Below are positions 53,120 to 64,000 of a stretch of DNA of 64,000 nucleotides, in pieces. The notes under the pieces are model-generated. The model was not told the origin of the DNA and made no database searches. It saw only the letters and a list, made by a program, of their open reading frames with translations. This DNA is from Vicugna vicugna (Eukaryota), in contig MU058451.1 of the NCBI GenBank assembly GCA_013265495.1, positions 2,475,305 to 2,539,304 on the forward strand, given 5' to 3'. Every line of letters begins with the position of its first letter. Positions within the stretch are counted from its first letter, which is position 1. The position numbers were made by a program, and so were the translations under genes.

Positions 53120-54125
53120 ACCAAAACCACAATGAGATATCACCTTACACCTGTCAGAATGGCTATCATCAAAAAGAACACAAATAACAAACACTGGCTA
53201 GGATGTGGAGAAAAGGGAACCCTTGCACGCTGTTGGTGGGAATATAGATTGGTGCAGACACTGTGTAAAACAGTATGCAGGGTTCTCAAAAAACTAAAAC
53301 TAGAACTACCACATGACCCAGCAATTTCATGCCTGGGTATATGTTCGAAAAACACAAGAACACTAATTAGAAAAGATACATGTGGTGGGAGGGTATAGAT
53401 CAATGGTAGAGTGCATGCCTAGCATGCATGAGGTCCTCGGTTCAATCCCCAGTACCTCTAGTAAATAAATAAACAAACAAATAAATAAACAAACAAACAA
53501 ACAAATTACCTCACCCCCAAGAGATAAAATAAAATATAAAAAAAGAAAAAGATACACACACTCCAATGTTCATAACAGCAATATTTACAATAGTCAAGAT
53601 ATGGAAGCAACCCAACTATCCACCAACAGATGAATGGATTAAGAAGATGGGGGGAGGGTGGAATACTACTCAGCCATAAAAAGAATGAAATTTTGCCATC
53701 TGCAACAACATAGACCTGGAGGGTATTATGCTAAGTGAAATAAGTCAGACAGAGAAAGACAAATACTATATGATATCACTTATATGTGGAATCTAAAAAA
53801 CACAACAAACTAGTAAATATAACAAAAGACAAACAGACTTAACAGATGTAGAAAGCAAACTAGTGGGTACCAGTGGGGAGAGGGAAGCGGGGAGAGGTAC
53901 AAAGGGGTAGGGGATTAAGAGGTACTAACTATCATGTATAAAATAACCTACAAAGATAAACTGTACAACACAGGGAATATAGCCAATATTTTATAATAAC
54001 TATAAATGGAGCACAATTTTAAACTATTAAAATTGTGAATTATTATACTGTACACCTGTAACATACAATATTGTACATCAACAATACTTCAATAAATCTT
54101 TAATCTAAATAAATAAATAATAAAA
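53120..54125 (+). mobile_element. L1 3' portion (ORF2 end and 3' UTR)
   Basis: [17 protein letters not shown]...[12 protein letters not shown] in ORF 53090..53398; 3' UTR and A-rich tail. Confidence 0.92.
53386..53545 (+). mobile_element. vic-1-like SINE nested in L1
   Basis: gggagggtatagatcaatggtagagtgcatgcctagcatgcatgaggtcctcggttcaatcccc; TSD-like gaaaagataca / gaaaaagataca. Confidence 0.9.
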
Positions 54126-56114
54126 TGATACATATATTTAAAAAATAAAATAATGTGCACATGGCATGCCAAGTACATAAAAGTTTATACTAAATAGTTC
54201 CTGAAGAGAATTAATATATAAAGGTTAGTACAATAGTGTGGTTAAGAACAAAGACTTCCAAGTCAGGTTGGGGTATGAAATCCAACTCTACTACTTCCCA
54301 GCTGCATGAACTGATTCAAATTAAAATCTGACTGCCTCCCATATCTGGACTGGCCTGCACCTGACCTGAATAACAGGCCCTAACTAGAATGTCCTTGATC
54401 CCTGGCTAGAGCCAGCTTTTGCTACCAGTTGTTTTTTCCAGTGCTTGGTTTGTTCCCCAGCTTCACCAGCCCCTGTGTTGTTGCTGGAATGCTTGCTGGC
54501 TAAATGATTAGGCCAGCTACGTCACAAGCTTCCTCTACTGCTCTGAGGGTCAAAAGATTTGCCAAAGTAAATGGCAGCAAAAGATAACTGAGCAGTGAAA
54601 ATTGTTTCATCTGTTTTTATATCCCACATCCATCTCCTCATTCTCATTTAATTCTGCTGCTTCTTCCCTAAAATCTCATGTATCCACCCACGTCTGCTGC
54701 CCTTTGGCTGCAGGTTCCTGCTCTTGGGTGATGGGGTCCCCATCACAGCATTCACCTTAGACCTGTGTCTGATGGCTTTCCACCTGCCCTATTCTGATCC
54801 TTCAAGACTTACTTCCAGAACAGGTGCTTCCAAATTCGTTTTCCCCATCCATCCATCCCTTGCCTCACACAAGTTTCCTCACAGTTGCATGGTTCAATAG
54901 TTTGTGAGTAGTTGGTTACTCCAGAGTTATTTGTTAGTACTGAAAAAGACCACTATGCTGAAGGACTTTGTTCTCTGCCAACACACAATGGTCACTCAAA
55001 AAAAAAAAATTACTGCATTATACAAATCAAGTAAGTATGTGAGTAAACTTCCAAAAGTCATCTTCCTAGAAAGCTCACAAATTTAAGATTTTTATATTAA
55101 GATGTTAATTTTTCTATGAAGAAGCTCAATTATTTTGCTACACAAGAAACTTAAGACTGCCAGATTTTTATCTTTAAGCAAATCAGTTAAATTAATCAAG
55201 TCCTCAAAAAACTAACAAAAGGTTCTAAAATAGCATTTACCAAGAGCTTAATTATCTTTCGTTGAGACACAAACAAATTAATCAAGTTTCCTTTACATAT
55301 ATGTTTTTAAAACCTGGAGATCCTAATCACAGGTAGAAAAATTAACATCATATGATATATAATAAAAGAATGTACACAATTTAGTTATCATTGTTTTCTC
55401 TTTGAAAAATTAAAATGCTCTTCAAAAAAATAAACAACTCTCAAGAAATTTGCTCTAGAGCTAAGTACTCAAATAATGTCACCAGAGATTTTCCTTTATC
55501 TAGTTATCAACACAAGTAACCACATCCAAACACATGTTTGTTTGTGGGGGGGTTTTGGTGATAAATATATATGAGCACATTATCTTTAGATAGTTTATTT
55601 CCACATTCAATTGTAATGAATGATAACATTGCTTAAGTAGTTTATACAGAAGCTTTTACTTTGATAAAGCTGCTGCAATACTACAATGAATCCACTGAGG
55701 CTTTCAGAAGACAGAAGACAGAAAAACAATACAAATTCAGTGTGAAAACATTTAAAAGCACAGCCAAATGTTCCTGTTTGACTAGAATGTTTATGAATAC
55801 CCATAAAATGGAAGCTGGCCTAAGATACTCTAAATTCCTCTTTCAAAAGAGCTACTCACTGTACTCCACAGAAAAGTAATTGTTTAATCAAGTCAAAGCC
55901 AGTTTTTATTCCTAACTCAGGTCTAAAATTTAGGTAATTTTTTTTTCCATCAAGCTTTGGCGTTCAAAGAATACTTTCTAGAATTCTTCAAAGTTAAGAA
56001 TGTAAAAAGAAAAAAGGTGCACATATTTTACAAAGTGAAAATATTGGGACAACACTGCCCTGGGTCCCAGTGACATCTAGACAACGATGTGTTTACTAAC
56101 CACAGAAGAATTCC

Positions 56115-56577
56115 CCTCTCTATGGACATCTAAGTTCCCACCTGTGACTATGTCACAAGTTTGTATCTCCAACAAAAGCCAAACATACCAGCTCGCAACC
56201 AGGCAGGCAGCAAATACACAACATAGGTTTATAAAGATCCTACTATATACATACTACTGTACTGGGTTTACTGTGAGATAAAGACGTATGAGGATCATAA
56301 ATTAGGAAGGAGGGTAAAATTAGACGTGCATGGAGTGTTACCTCTCTATGGACATCTAAGTTCCCACTCGTGGTTTACCTGTGACTATGTCACAAGTTTG
56401 TATCTCCAACAAAAGCCAAACATACCAGCTCGCAACCAGGCAGGCAGCAAATACACAACATAGGTTTATAAAGATCCTACTATATACATACTACTGTACT
56501 GGGTTTACTGTGAGATAAAGACGTATGAGGATCATAAATTAGGAAGGAGGGTAAAATTAGACGTGCATGGAGTGTTA
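56115..56577. repeat. Head-to-tail tandem duplication (226 bp + 237 bp)
   Basis: 56115-56340 and 56341-56577 read identically apart from an 11-bp indel (ctcgtggttta). Confidence 0.95.
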
Positions 56578-56939
56578 ATCAACATGAGATACTATGTTTG
56601 AGTCCAAAATGTCCGCCACATGGTCAGCACTTTATAAAAAACATCTGTTGATTTTAATTGCATTATATTAAAGGTGAGATCCACAGGTTTGACTAGGAAA
56701 AGTTTCTTTGACAAGCCTATTATAAGAAACGCAGTTTGGGGACAGTAAGGAGAATCTAAATATAGACTGTGATTAGATGACTCTAATAAACCACGCCTAA
56801 TATAAGAAAAACTTCCAGACCCAGCGCGCTGGAGGGCAGGCGTGGAGGGGCTGGCCGCCTGGGACGAGGGGCTGCAAGCAGTGTGGGGCCGGGTGTGTGT
56901 GGGGGGAGCTGTACAAAGGAAAAAAAGAAAAACTTCCAT

Positions 56940-57205
56940 ATTTTTTAGAGATATACGTTAAGTATGTAGGCTAAAATGACACGTGGTTACAAATTAGCTT
57001 TAAAATACTTCAGGGAAAGAAGGGAAGGCGGGTGGAGGGAAGAGAGGATGGGAGGAAAGAAAAATTGATAGCTAAAGCAAGTGCAGCAGAAATCTTAACA
57101 GTTGTTTCTGGATGATGGACATATTTCCCAATATTCCATTATACTATTCTGTACAGCATACTATTAAATATACCCACCATGGATATATTTGAAATTTTTA
57201 TAATA
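56940..57205 (+). mobile_element. Old L1 3' end fragment
   Basis: ttttagagatatacgttaagtat...ctttaaaatacttcagg...ccattatactattct...atatttgaaattttta. Confidence 0.55.
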
Positions 57206-57871
57206 GGAACTAAAGGTTTCTGTGATACCGGGGCTTGAGTGGGCAAATGAAGATGGATAGGCAGGGTTTAAAACAAAGGAGAGCATTTCAGGCATTTCAC
57301 CTCATTCCTAGTCCCTACCCACTACCCATACACCAGCCACCATTCTTCAGTTTTCCTGACTGCGCAATGCAGCAGTTAGGCCTCTCAGCAATCCCAGGCC
57401 CTCAGGCCTCCCCACAGTTAGGTAGCCAGCCAGCTCTCTGTCCCTAGTTTCTCTAATAATCCCAAAGCTCATGCTTTTGGCCCTGTTCCATCGACTACAT
57501 CCATCCTTCTAAATTTTGTTTCTAATTCTATCTGTCTTTTATTCCCAGTAGTTAACAGACTCCAGCTGCAAACTGCAACACATTAAGTGAGAGATAGGTA
57601 TTCTGAATGATCAACTCTGTGGTAAATAACCTGGTGAACTCACAGCTCCTTGGAGACCTCCTCCTGTCTGTCTAGCATGGCCTTGACACTTGAATGTTTC
57701 AACCAAGTTGGTAGGCGGGCCTAGAGGGAGTGAATGCTTCAAGGGTAAAGAGTTTTACTTTCTACTCTTCATTCCTAGTTTGCCTTTCCACCATATCTCT
57801 AGTCCAGCCTCAGGATTTCTAATTTTTTCGATAGTTAAAAAAAAATCTTCTAATAAAAAACTTAGAAATAC

Positions 57872-58009
57872 CTGCATCACAAACTCCCGACGTCGGGGCA
57901 TTCCTCTCTCTGAAAGCAAAACATAATCTGGCTCCTTCTCCTTCTTGGCCTGTTGAATCTGAGCCAGGCGGCTAATGGGGTTCATTCCTTGACCATATTC
58001 TGGTCCAGC
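57872..58009 (-). CDS. STAU2: STAU2 internal coding exon (138 nt), first half of dsRBD4
   Basis: ttttag|GCT GGA...ATG CAG|gtattt; [46 protein letters not shown], 46 codons. Confidence 0.98.
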
Positions 58010-58698
58010 CTAAAAAATAATTTAACAAAAAATTTCAAGGCATGCTTGTGACAACATGTTATTAGATCCTTAAAGAAACCATGGTTCTCCCCTCCTTCCT
58101 GTAGCCCAAAACTGTTGACTACAGAAAATAAGTGAAAATTATGAAAACTCAGAGTGAGTGCTTTACATTTACTAGCTGCTGCTGCTGCTGTCACCAGGGT
58201 GAGCATCATTCATCTGATCAGTACTCTGCATCCTAGTACCACTCCCCGGCATCCTAGGAAGTCACCACACAGCACTGTCATTGGCAGGAGGAACACCGGG
58301 TTACAGCTCAGTGGTTCAGGCTGCTCCACAGGACAGCTGAATACAAGTGGGTGAATTCTTTGGACATGTTTCATAAAACCTGATTTGTAAAATGAGGGGT
58401 AACATCTGCCTTGCACCATCATGGTAAGAATTTTACCAAAGGTGATCATGAATGGGAAAGTATTTTTAAAACCATAAAAAACTATAGATAAGGTATTATT
58501 ATTATTTCACAAACAAGCACAGACATACAAGTGTCTAAAAGCAAAACCGAATTCTTATTAATTTACAGGCACATGTCCAACCCTGACTCTGGGACTGTAC
58601 ATAACCCACAGGTTTAGGCGCCTGCCCTGTGGAAACTTCCAGCTAGAGTTACTATAATGTTTATATAGTAAAACTAATGTTCACAAGCACACACTTAC

Positions 58699-58911
58699 CT
58701 TTACTATTGTCTTAGGGCGTTTTTTAAAAAATAGTTTTGGCTTTTCAACCACAGGAAGAGGTGGAAGTTTCTTAAGCTCCTGGAGGACAGTGGTCGCAGC
58801 GCGCTTCTTGGAGAGTTTCTTGCTGTTTCCCTCTCCTTCCGCGGAGAACTCTCCCACTGACACCCGAGTAACAAAGCTTTTCATGTGCGGTGGTCCACTT
58901 TCTTTAATAAC
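58699..58911 (-). CDS. STAU2: STAU2 internal coding exon (213 nt), dsRBD3 and basic NLS-like region
   Basis: ttacag|GTT ATT AAA...GTA AAG|gtaagt; [71 protein letters not shown], 71 codons; overlaps ORF 58681..58884. Confidence 0.98.
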
Positions 58912-60965
58912 CTGTAAAATATAAGTGAAATATTCAATACAAGCACTTAAGATGTGTTCTTATGACATGAATCTTTTTAAATGTTCATATCATACACAAA
59001 ATTGAAATTATTAAGAATTATGACAAAACTATAGATTTCTTGAAGAAAGCTATTATGGGATTACTCACTTATGATACTCAGGATGCTGAATGAACTGAAG
59101 TTGAAGAAACAGAAATCTAAATAAACACATTCAATTCATGGTCAAAATTGGGTTTTGCTAGCTTAAAACAGGTAATTCTAACTATAGTTACCGTTTCTCA
59201 TGGACCAGAAAAGTAAGAACGTAGAACAGACTGTCTTACATTAGGTACACAGGCCATCCAGAATGATCGTTTGTATAAACTATGTACCTATGTAACTTTC
59301 TCCTCTGTAAGAGCAGGTTACTGAAGCACAAGGACTATCTCACTGGAGTCTATAACCCATAAAGCATCCTGTGTGTGGAAGCCTCTCAAAAGCAGGTGAT
59401 GGATGAAAAATAACCTGTTTTGGATGGAGACCTCAAAGGCTGACATTCCTCGAAGGAATGTTTACTCTCTGTGACATGATCTTAAAAAAGTTAGTAGATG
59501 TGCCATAAAAATACCTAGCTTTCTGGACTATGAATGGATTATGAATCTGTCAGCTATGAACGTTCCTAATCCCTGTATTAATGTGCTCTTTTAAACCATA
59601 CCAGCTTTGGGAGGAAAGATGACTTCCAAAACCTGAGTGCTCAGAACTTCAGCCTCCTTAAAAATTATGACCTATAAAAGATGCCCTATTTAGTTAAATA
59701 GTTTACCATTGAACATTATATTCAAAAATGTGTCTTCTAACATTGGATACCAATTAGGAAAAGATACACTATCTCAATAATCCGTATTACTGTGGATAAA
59801 GAATTTATGATCAGCACTCCAAGTAATTTAAGTTTACAAGTTGAAACATTAAAACTTTATTTTAATCACTTTAATGGACATCTTCCTCGACTGAAAAAAA
59901 GCATATACTTGCCTGCCTTAACAAAGAATACTGAATATGTAACCGTCTATGGCTCACGTTAGATCATCATTATGACCATCAAATATTCTACACTATATTA
60001 CGTTGATGCCTCTGTGGACACCAAAGACTTAACAAAACTGTTCTTATTCATTGTAAAAGGCCTCATGTTCCAATGACTACTGAGTATACTAAATTACTTT
60101 TGCTTTCCATATTTTGCTTATCATTTCTTGCTGGGACCAGCAGGCCCTCAAGTATGTTCTCTTCCTGCCTTCCTCATTTTGCTGCCTGCAATCTGCTATG
60201 GGCTGCGACATCTGATAACCCAGCTTGTTTGTGTCTAAGAAGAAAGCAAACAGGTTCTCAGTCAAGGGAAGTAGATTCTGCCAATGAGTAAAATGTGGGA
60301 GCTTTCTAGTGGGTGAACATCACATAATTTGAAGGAAGATACTCCACAACTATCCCCACTTATTTCCTGAGTTCTGCCTATTTTCTGGATATCTGAGTTG
60401 CAATATTAGTGACCTCTTACTAAAGAAGGTATTACAATAATTTAACGTTTCTTTCTCTTTTAAATGTCACACAATTGTAAAACTATTTTGTGACATATTT
60501 ACCTAGCTGCAAACTAGAGAGCTGCTTAAATTACTTCTTAATGACTTTAGCGAAAGGTTAAATTTAAACATATTTTGACCTTCACAAATTTAAAAGAAGT
60601 TAGATGTTAATATATAATACATGTCACTAAATATTAACTTAATATTTTCAATTTGATCTTATTAAAAACACCAAATCTTATAGGGTGCTAACAAATTGTC
60701 TTAAACTCAAAAAAATAAATTTTATGATGAAACTTGAAATATCATCTATACAAATGGCTTAATACAGAAAAGCTAAAGAGATCAGCAGGAATCCATGATA
60801 TTATAATAAGTTCTATTTCTCCCAGGGCCCATATCATTTCATGATAGAGAGCCTGAACATTAAGGAAGCACATGAATTCTTTCAAGATACTAAAATTTTA
60901 TTTGTTTATTTAAAATAATGAGGAGCAAAGAGGGGAAAAAGAAAGGCGTCTTATTGGATACATAC

Positions 60966-61073
60966 CTCAAAACTGACGGGCATATTTCGCTTCAGAGCAA
61001 TTTCAAACACTAAGCTGATCTCTGATTTATTGGCATCTTTATCATCATCCATTTCTTTTCCTGATTCACCATT
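60966..61073 (-). CDS. STAU2: STAU2 internal coding exon (108 nt), linker and start of dsRBD3
   Basis: gatttag|AAT GGT...TTT GAG|gtatg; NGESGKEMDDDKDANKSEISLVFEIALKRNMPVSFE, 36 codons, phase 0/0; too short for the ORF track. Confidence 0.97.
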
Positions 61074-62321
61074 CTAAATCACAAAAAGTAGGATGACACT
61101 GAATTTTCACGTTGTAACAAACTTTACACATATTCTACAAGCAAGAGGACCTATCTAAAATACCGTAAGAAACAGGAAATCAGAGACTGTATCTTGTGGA
61201 TTCCCATGTAACCACCATGTCGAGGGCTTTGCCGTGAGGCTTCATATGATTTGGTTTTAATTTTTCTCCTCAGAGTGGAAGGATAAATGCTGAGTGTGGA
61301 AATCTTTGCTCAACCATACACTAATTTGAATTTATCCTACAAACCCAGACCCAGTTCTCTTTAGAGCTCTCCATTACACACACACACAGACATACACAAT
61401 ACTCCACTGGTGTATGACATTTAATCTTCTATGATGACTAAGTTGTAGAAAGGCTGCAAACCAGAATTTTGGAGCTCTGTGTCTGACTCTGCACCAATTT
61501 ACTTATTCACTTATTTAACATTTACCTCTGGAGGGCCTGATACATGCTGAACACAGTATAAGCATTAAAGAGATCATGAGACAGTATCCCTGCTGTCAAA
61601 AAGTGTGTGACTTGGTGGGAAAACAGATAAGGAAACAGATAAAGAGTCATAATGAAAGTGTACAAGGACAAAAATACTAAGTCTGCCATTAAATAAGATA
61701 AATCTCAAAAGGGGAGGAACAACAGGCGTGAGGAAAGGCAAACTGCAAAGGTCAAAACGTACAGCTTCAGATAACTACGTGGAGAACTCAACCAGGTGAC
61801 TTATTAAACACGCCCGAGCTGGAGATATTATTTTGAGGTCTGTGGAGAAAGTGGCTGTGGCCTTGAGAACGGGTAAAATTACTGAAGATGAGCCTCAATA
61901 ACCTCACTGGTAAAACAAGGTAGGACTAAAATAAAATCCATAAAGACCTCTTCCACGTTAAATTCCTTGATTCTAGATTAATTAATATAATGCCATCCAT
62001 GCTCAGTAAAACACAGCACTAAATACAAGGCAAGTGAATGTTGTTTCTCATCCTTGTTCACATCCCAAGTCCTGCCTTGCCTGGAAAGGGAAGTCCCCAA
62101 GGTGAACCAAAGTGCCCAAAGGCAAGTAAGCTCATCCCAGCAGGAACACACGAGTCCCGTCGCAAAGCACACAGGTTATCTGAGGAGCAAATCATGGCAG
62201 ATCGCCATGCTAGTATTCCTTCCTAACAGAAGAGATTATTTTTGTTAAAAAAAAATTATCTTCTCAATAATCTTCCAGGGGGACTAACAGAAACAGGCAG
62301 CCGCGTGCGGCGGGGACACAC

Positions 62322-62481
62322 CTGAGCTGACTTTTCTGGAATAGGTTCGTTCTGCAGCGCTTGGAGGGCCTTCATGGCGGCGTTGTGTCTAGCGGCTTGT
62401 CGAGTCTTTCCTTCCCCAAAAAATTCATTATTTCCTACAGTCAGCTGAACATAAAAGATCTTGGGCATTGGGCAATGGTAC
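62322..62481 (-). CDS. STAU2: STAU2 internal coding exon (160 nt), C-terminal half of dsRBD2
   Basis: Minus strand tttag|G TAC CAT TGC...TCA GCT CAG|gtgtgt; translates (R)YHCPMPKIFYVQLTVGNNEFFGEGKTRQAARHNAAMKALQALQNEPIPEKSAQ, recognisable Staufen2 sequence; 1 nt plus 53 codons. Confidence 0.97.
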
Positions 62482-63239
62482 CTAAAGTGAGAAAATTACA
62501 AAATTAATGTTAGCTCAATAAAAATCACTCGATAATCATTAGTAAGACTTATTTTCTTTAAAATGATACCAACTATATAATGCACTATACGTTCTTACTA
62601 ACCACAATAAAGTTTTAACCTAACCAATGTATTTATAAAAGATAAAATGTGAGTCAATGGATCTATTGATGATAAAGAGTGTATACTGATCTCTACAAAA
62701 ATGTATTTTAGAAACAACACTACACACAAATTAATATTGTAAAAGTTATTTAATTATATCACAGAAGACCTCCTGGTGAGAAGTGTTCAGTGACAGAAGT
62801 GAGCCAAATCTTCTGGTGCTAGAGGATGGGGACCTCCTACAGAGGGTGGAGACAAGCAAGCCCATCTAGGTGACAACATTGAGATCATTGTGCTTTTAGC
62901 AGAAGATAATTACGACTAGATATGGGAAGGGCAGAGAGACGAAGCTACTACTGTAAAGATATAAGCACTCTGCAAAGTAATAAGATCAGATTCAACATAA
63001 GAATGAAGAGTTTAAGCCAATTCTTAAGCAGAAAGTATCATAGTAAAATGCATATAAGGTGAAAACTTGGAGCAGGTTTGTGTTTGAGACTGAGGTAAGG
63101 AGGCATGACTAGAAAGTTTCAATGACGTGGACATGGTAGAATTCAAAAACAAACTTAGAAGAAATTAAAAGGGTATGCAATAAAATCCATTAATTCAACA
63201 GTGACTTAAGAAGCACCTTCTTATGATGGGGGACTAAGA

Positions 63240-64000
63240 CAATGAACAAAAACACACATTTTAGTGGAGACAATAGACAAAGACAGATATGTAGACTATC
63301 TAGTATGTTAGAAATATAAAACAGAAAAAGAAGAAAGGGTTCAGAAGCGTTGGGAGGGGAAGTGTTTAGGTAGAGTGACCAGTGAGTATCTCATTGAGAA
63401 GATGACAATTGTGTAAAGATCTAGAGTAAGTTAGGGAGGAAACCATGCAGAAATCTAGAACAGAGCATTTGAGGAAGTAAAAACTCCAAGTGCCCAGGCT
63501 CTGAGGCAGCAGTGCACCATGCATGTTCAAGCAATTCCAAGGATTCCCACCTGGTTAGAGCTGAGGACGTGAAGGAAGGGAAGCTAAGAGATGGGAAGGG
63601 GTGACCAGATTCCACAGGGACTCCCTTAGAAACCACTGTAAGGATCTGACTTTCCTCCTGAGTGAAATGGCCAGCCACTAGAAGGTTCTGAGGGGAGAAG
63701 TGACATCATCTGACTTACATCTTGGAAGGATCATCTGACTATATGCTGGCAACAGCCTGTAGGGGAATGATGAGAGAATCAAGGAGATCTGTTAAGAGGC
63801 TCCTGCAGTAACACAGGTGCCTGAACTAGGGTGGAAGCATTAGAAGTAAGGAGAAGTAGTTGGATCCTGGACAAATTTCAAAAGTAGAGATGATGGGTTT
63901 GCCCAAGGACCAGATAAAGAATATGAGAGGGGAGCTGAGGGAGACCCCAGGGTTTCTGACATGAGCACCTGGAAAAATGAGCATCCACACACCAAGCTGG
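63240..64000. mobile_element. L2 fragment
   Basis: gagcatttgaggaag...ccaagtgcccaggctctgaggcag...ccactagaaggttctgagggg...gtgacatcatctgacttacat...cagggtttctgacatgagcacctgg. Confidence 0.75.

Noticed and set aside
62256..62321. ORF-track extensions past exon ends (VCPRRTRL..., VSVCL, VFLSFLL...)
   Set aside because: Intronic read-through beyond canonical GT donors; STAU2 similarity stops exactly at the donor

Overview
This is mammalian genomic DNA, very likely camelid, judging by five copies of a vic-1-like tRNA-derived SINE. The whole window lies inside the STAU2 (Staufen homolog 2, dsRNA-binding protein) gene on the minus strand. I located eight coding exons by hand translation and GT-AG boundaries: 62481-62322, 61073-60966, 58911-58699, 58009-57872, 53065-52934, 42866-42806, 19834-19527 and 5274-5161. 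They join in one uninterrupted frame covering the second half of dsRBD2, dsRBD3, dsRBD4, the tubulin-binding/SSM region and the dsRBD5 core. The 5' exons lie beyond 64000 and the distal last exon lies beyond position 1. The rest is intron, filled with L1 (mostly antisense to STAU2), L2, MIR, LTR and SINE relics, and nearly all short ORFs in the track are noise. Points worth a second look: (1) two successive exons whose 5' splice sites read Val-STOP if unspliced, each followed by poly(A) signals; (2) a candidate 37-nt poison microexon just upstream of the dsRBD5 exon; (3) a ~290-bp inverted duplication of non-repeat sequence, able to form long dsRNA in the pre-mRNA of a dsRNA-binding protein, with one copy inside a rearranged L1; (4) a near-perfect 226/237-bp tandem duplication; (5) a well-preserved antisense solo LTR with CCAAT, octamer and TATA motifs; (6) an isolated intronic CpG patch. 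I see no convincing wholly new gene or system. Repeat subfamily names come from motif recognition and are approximate.
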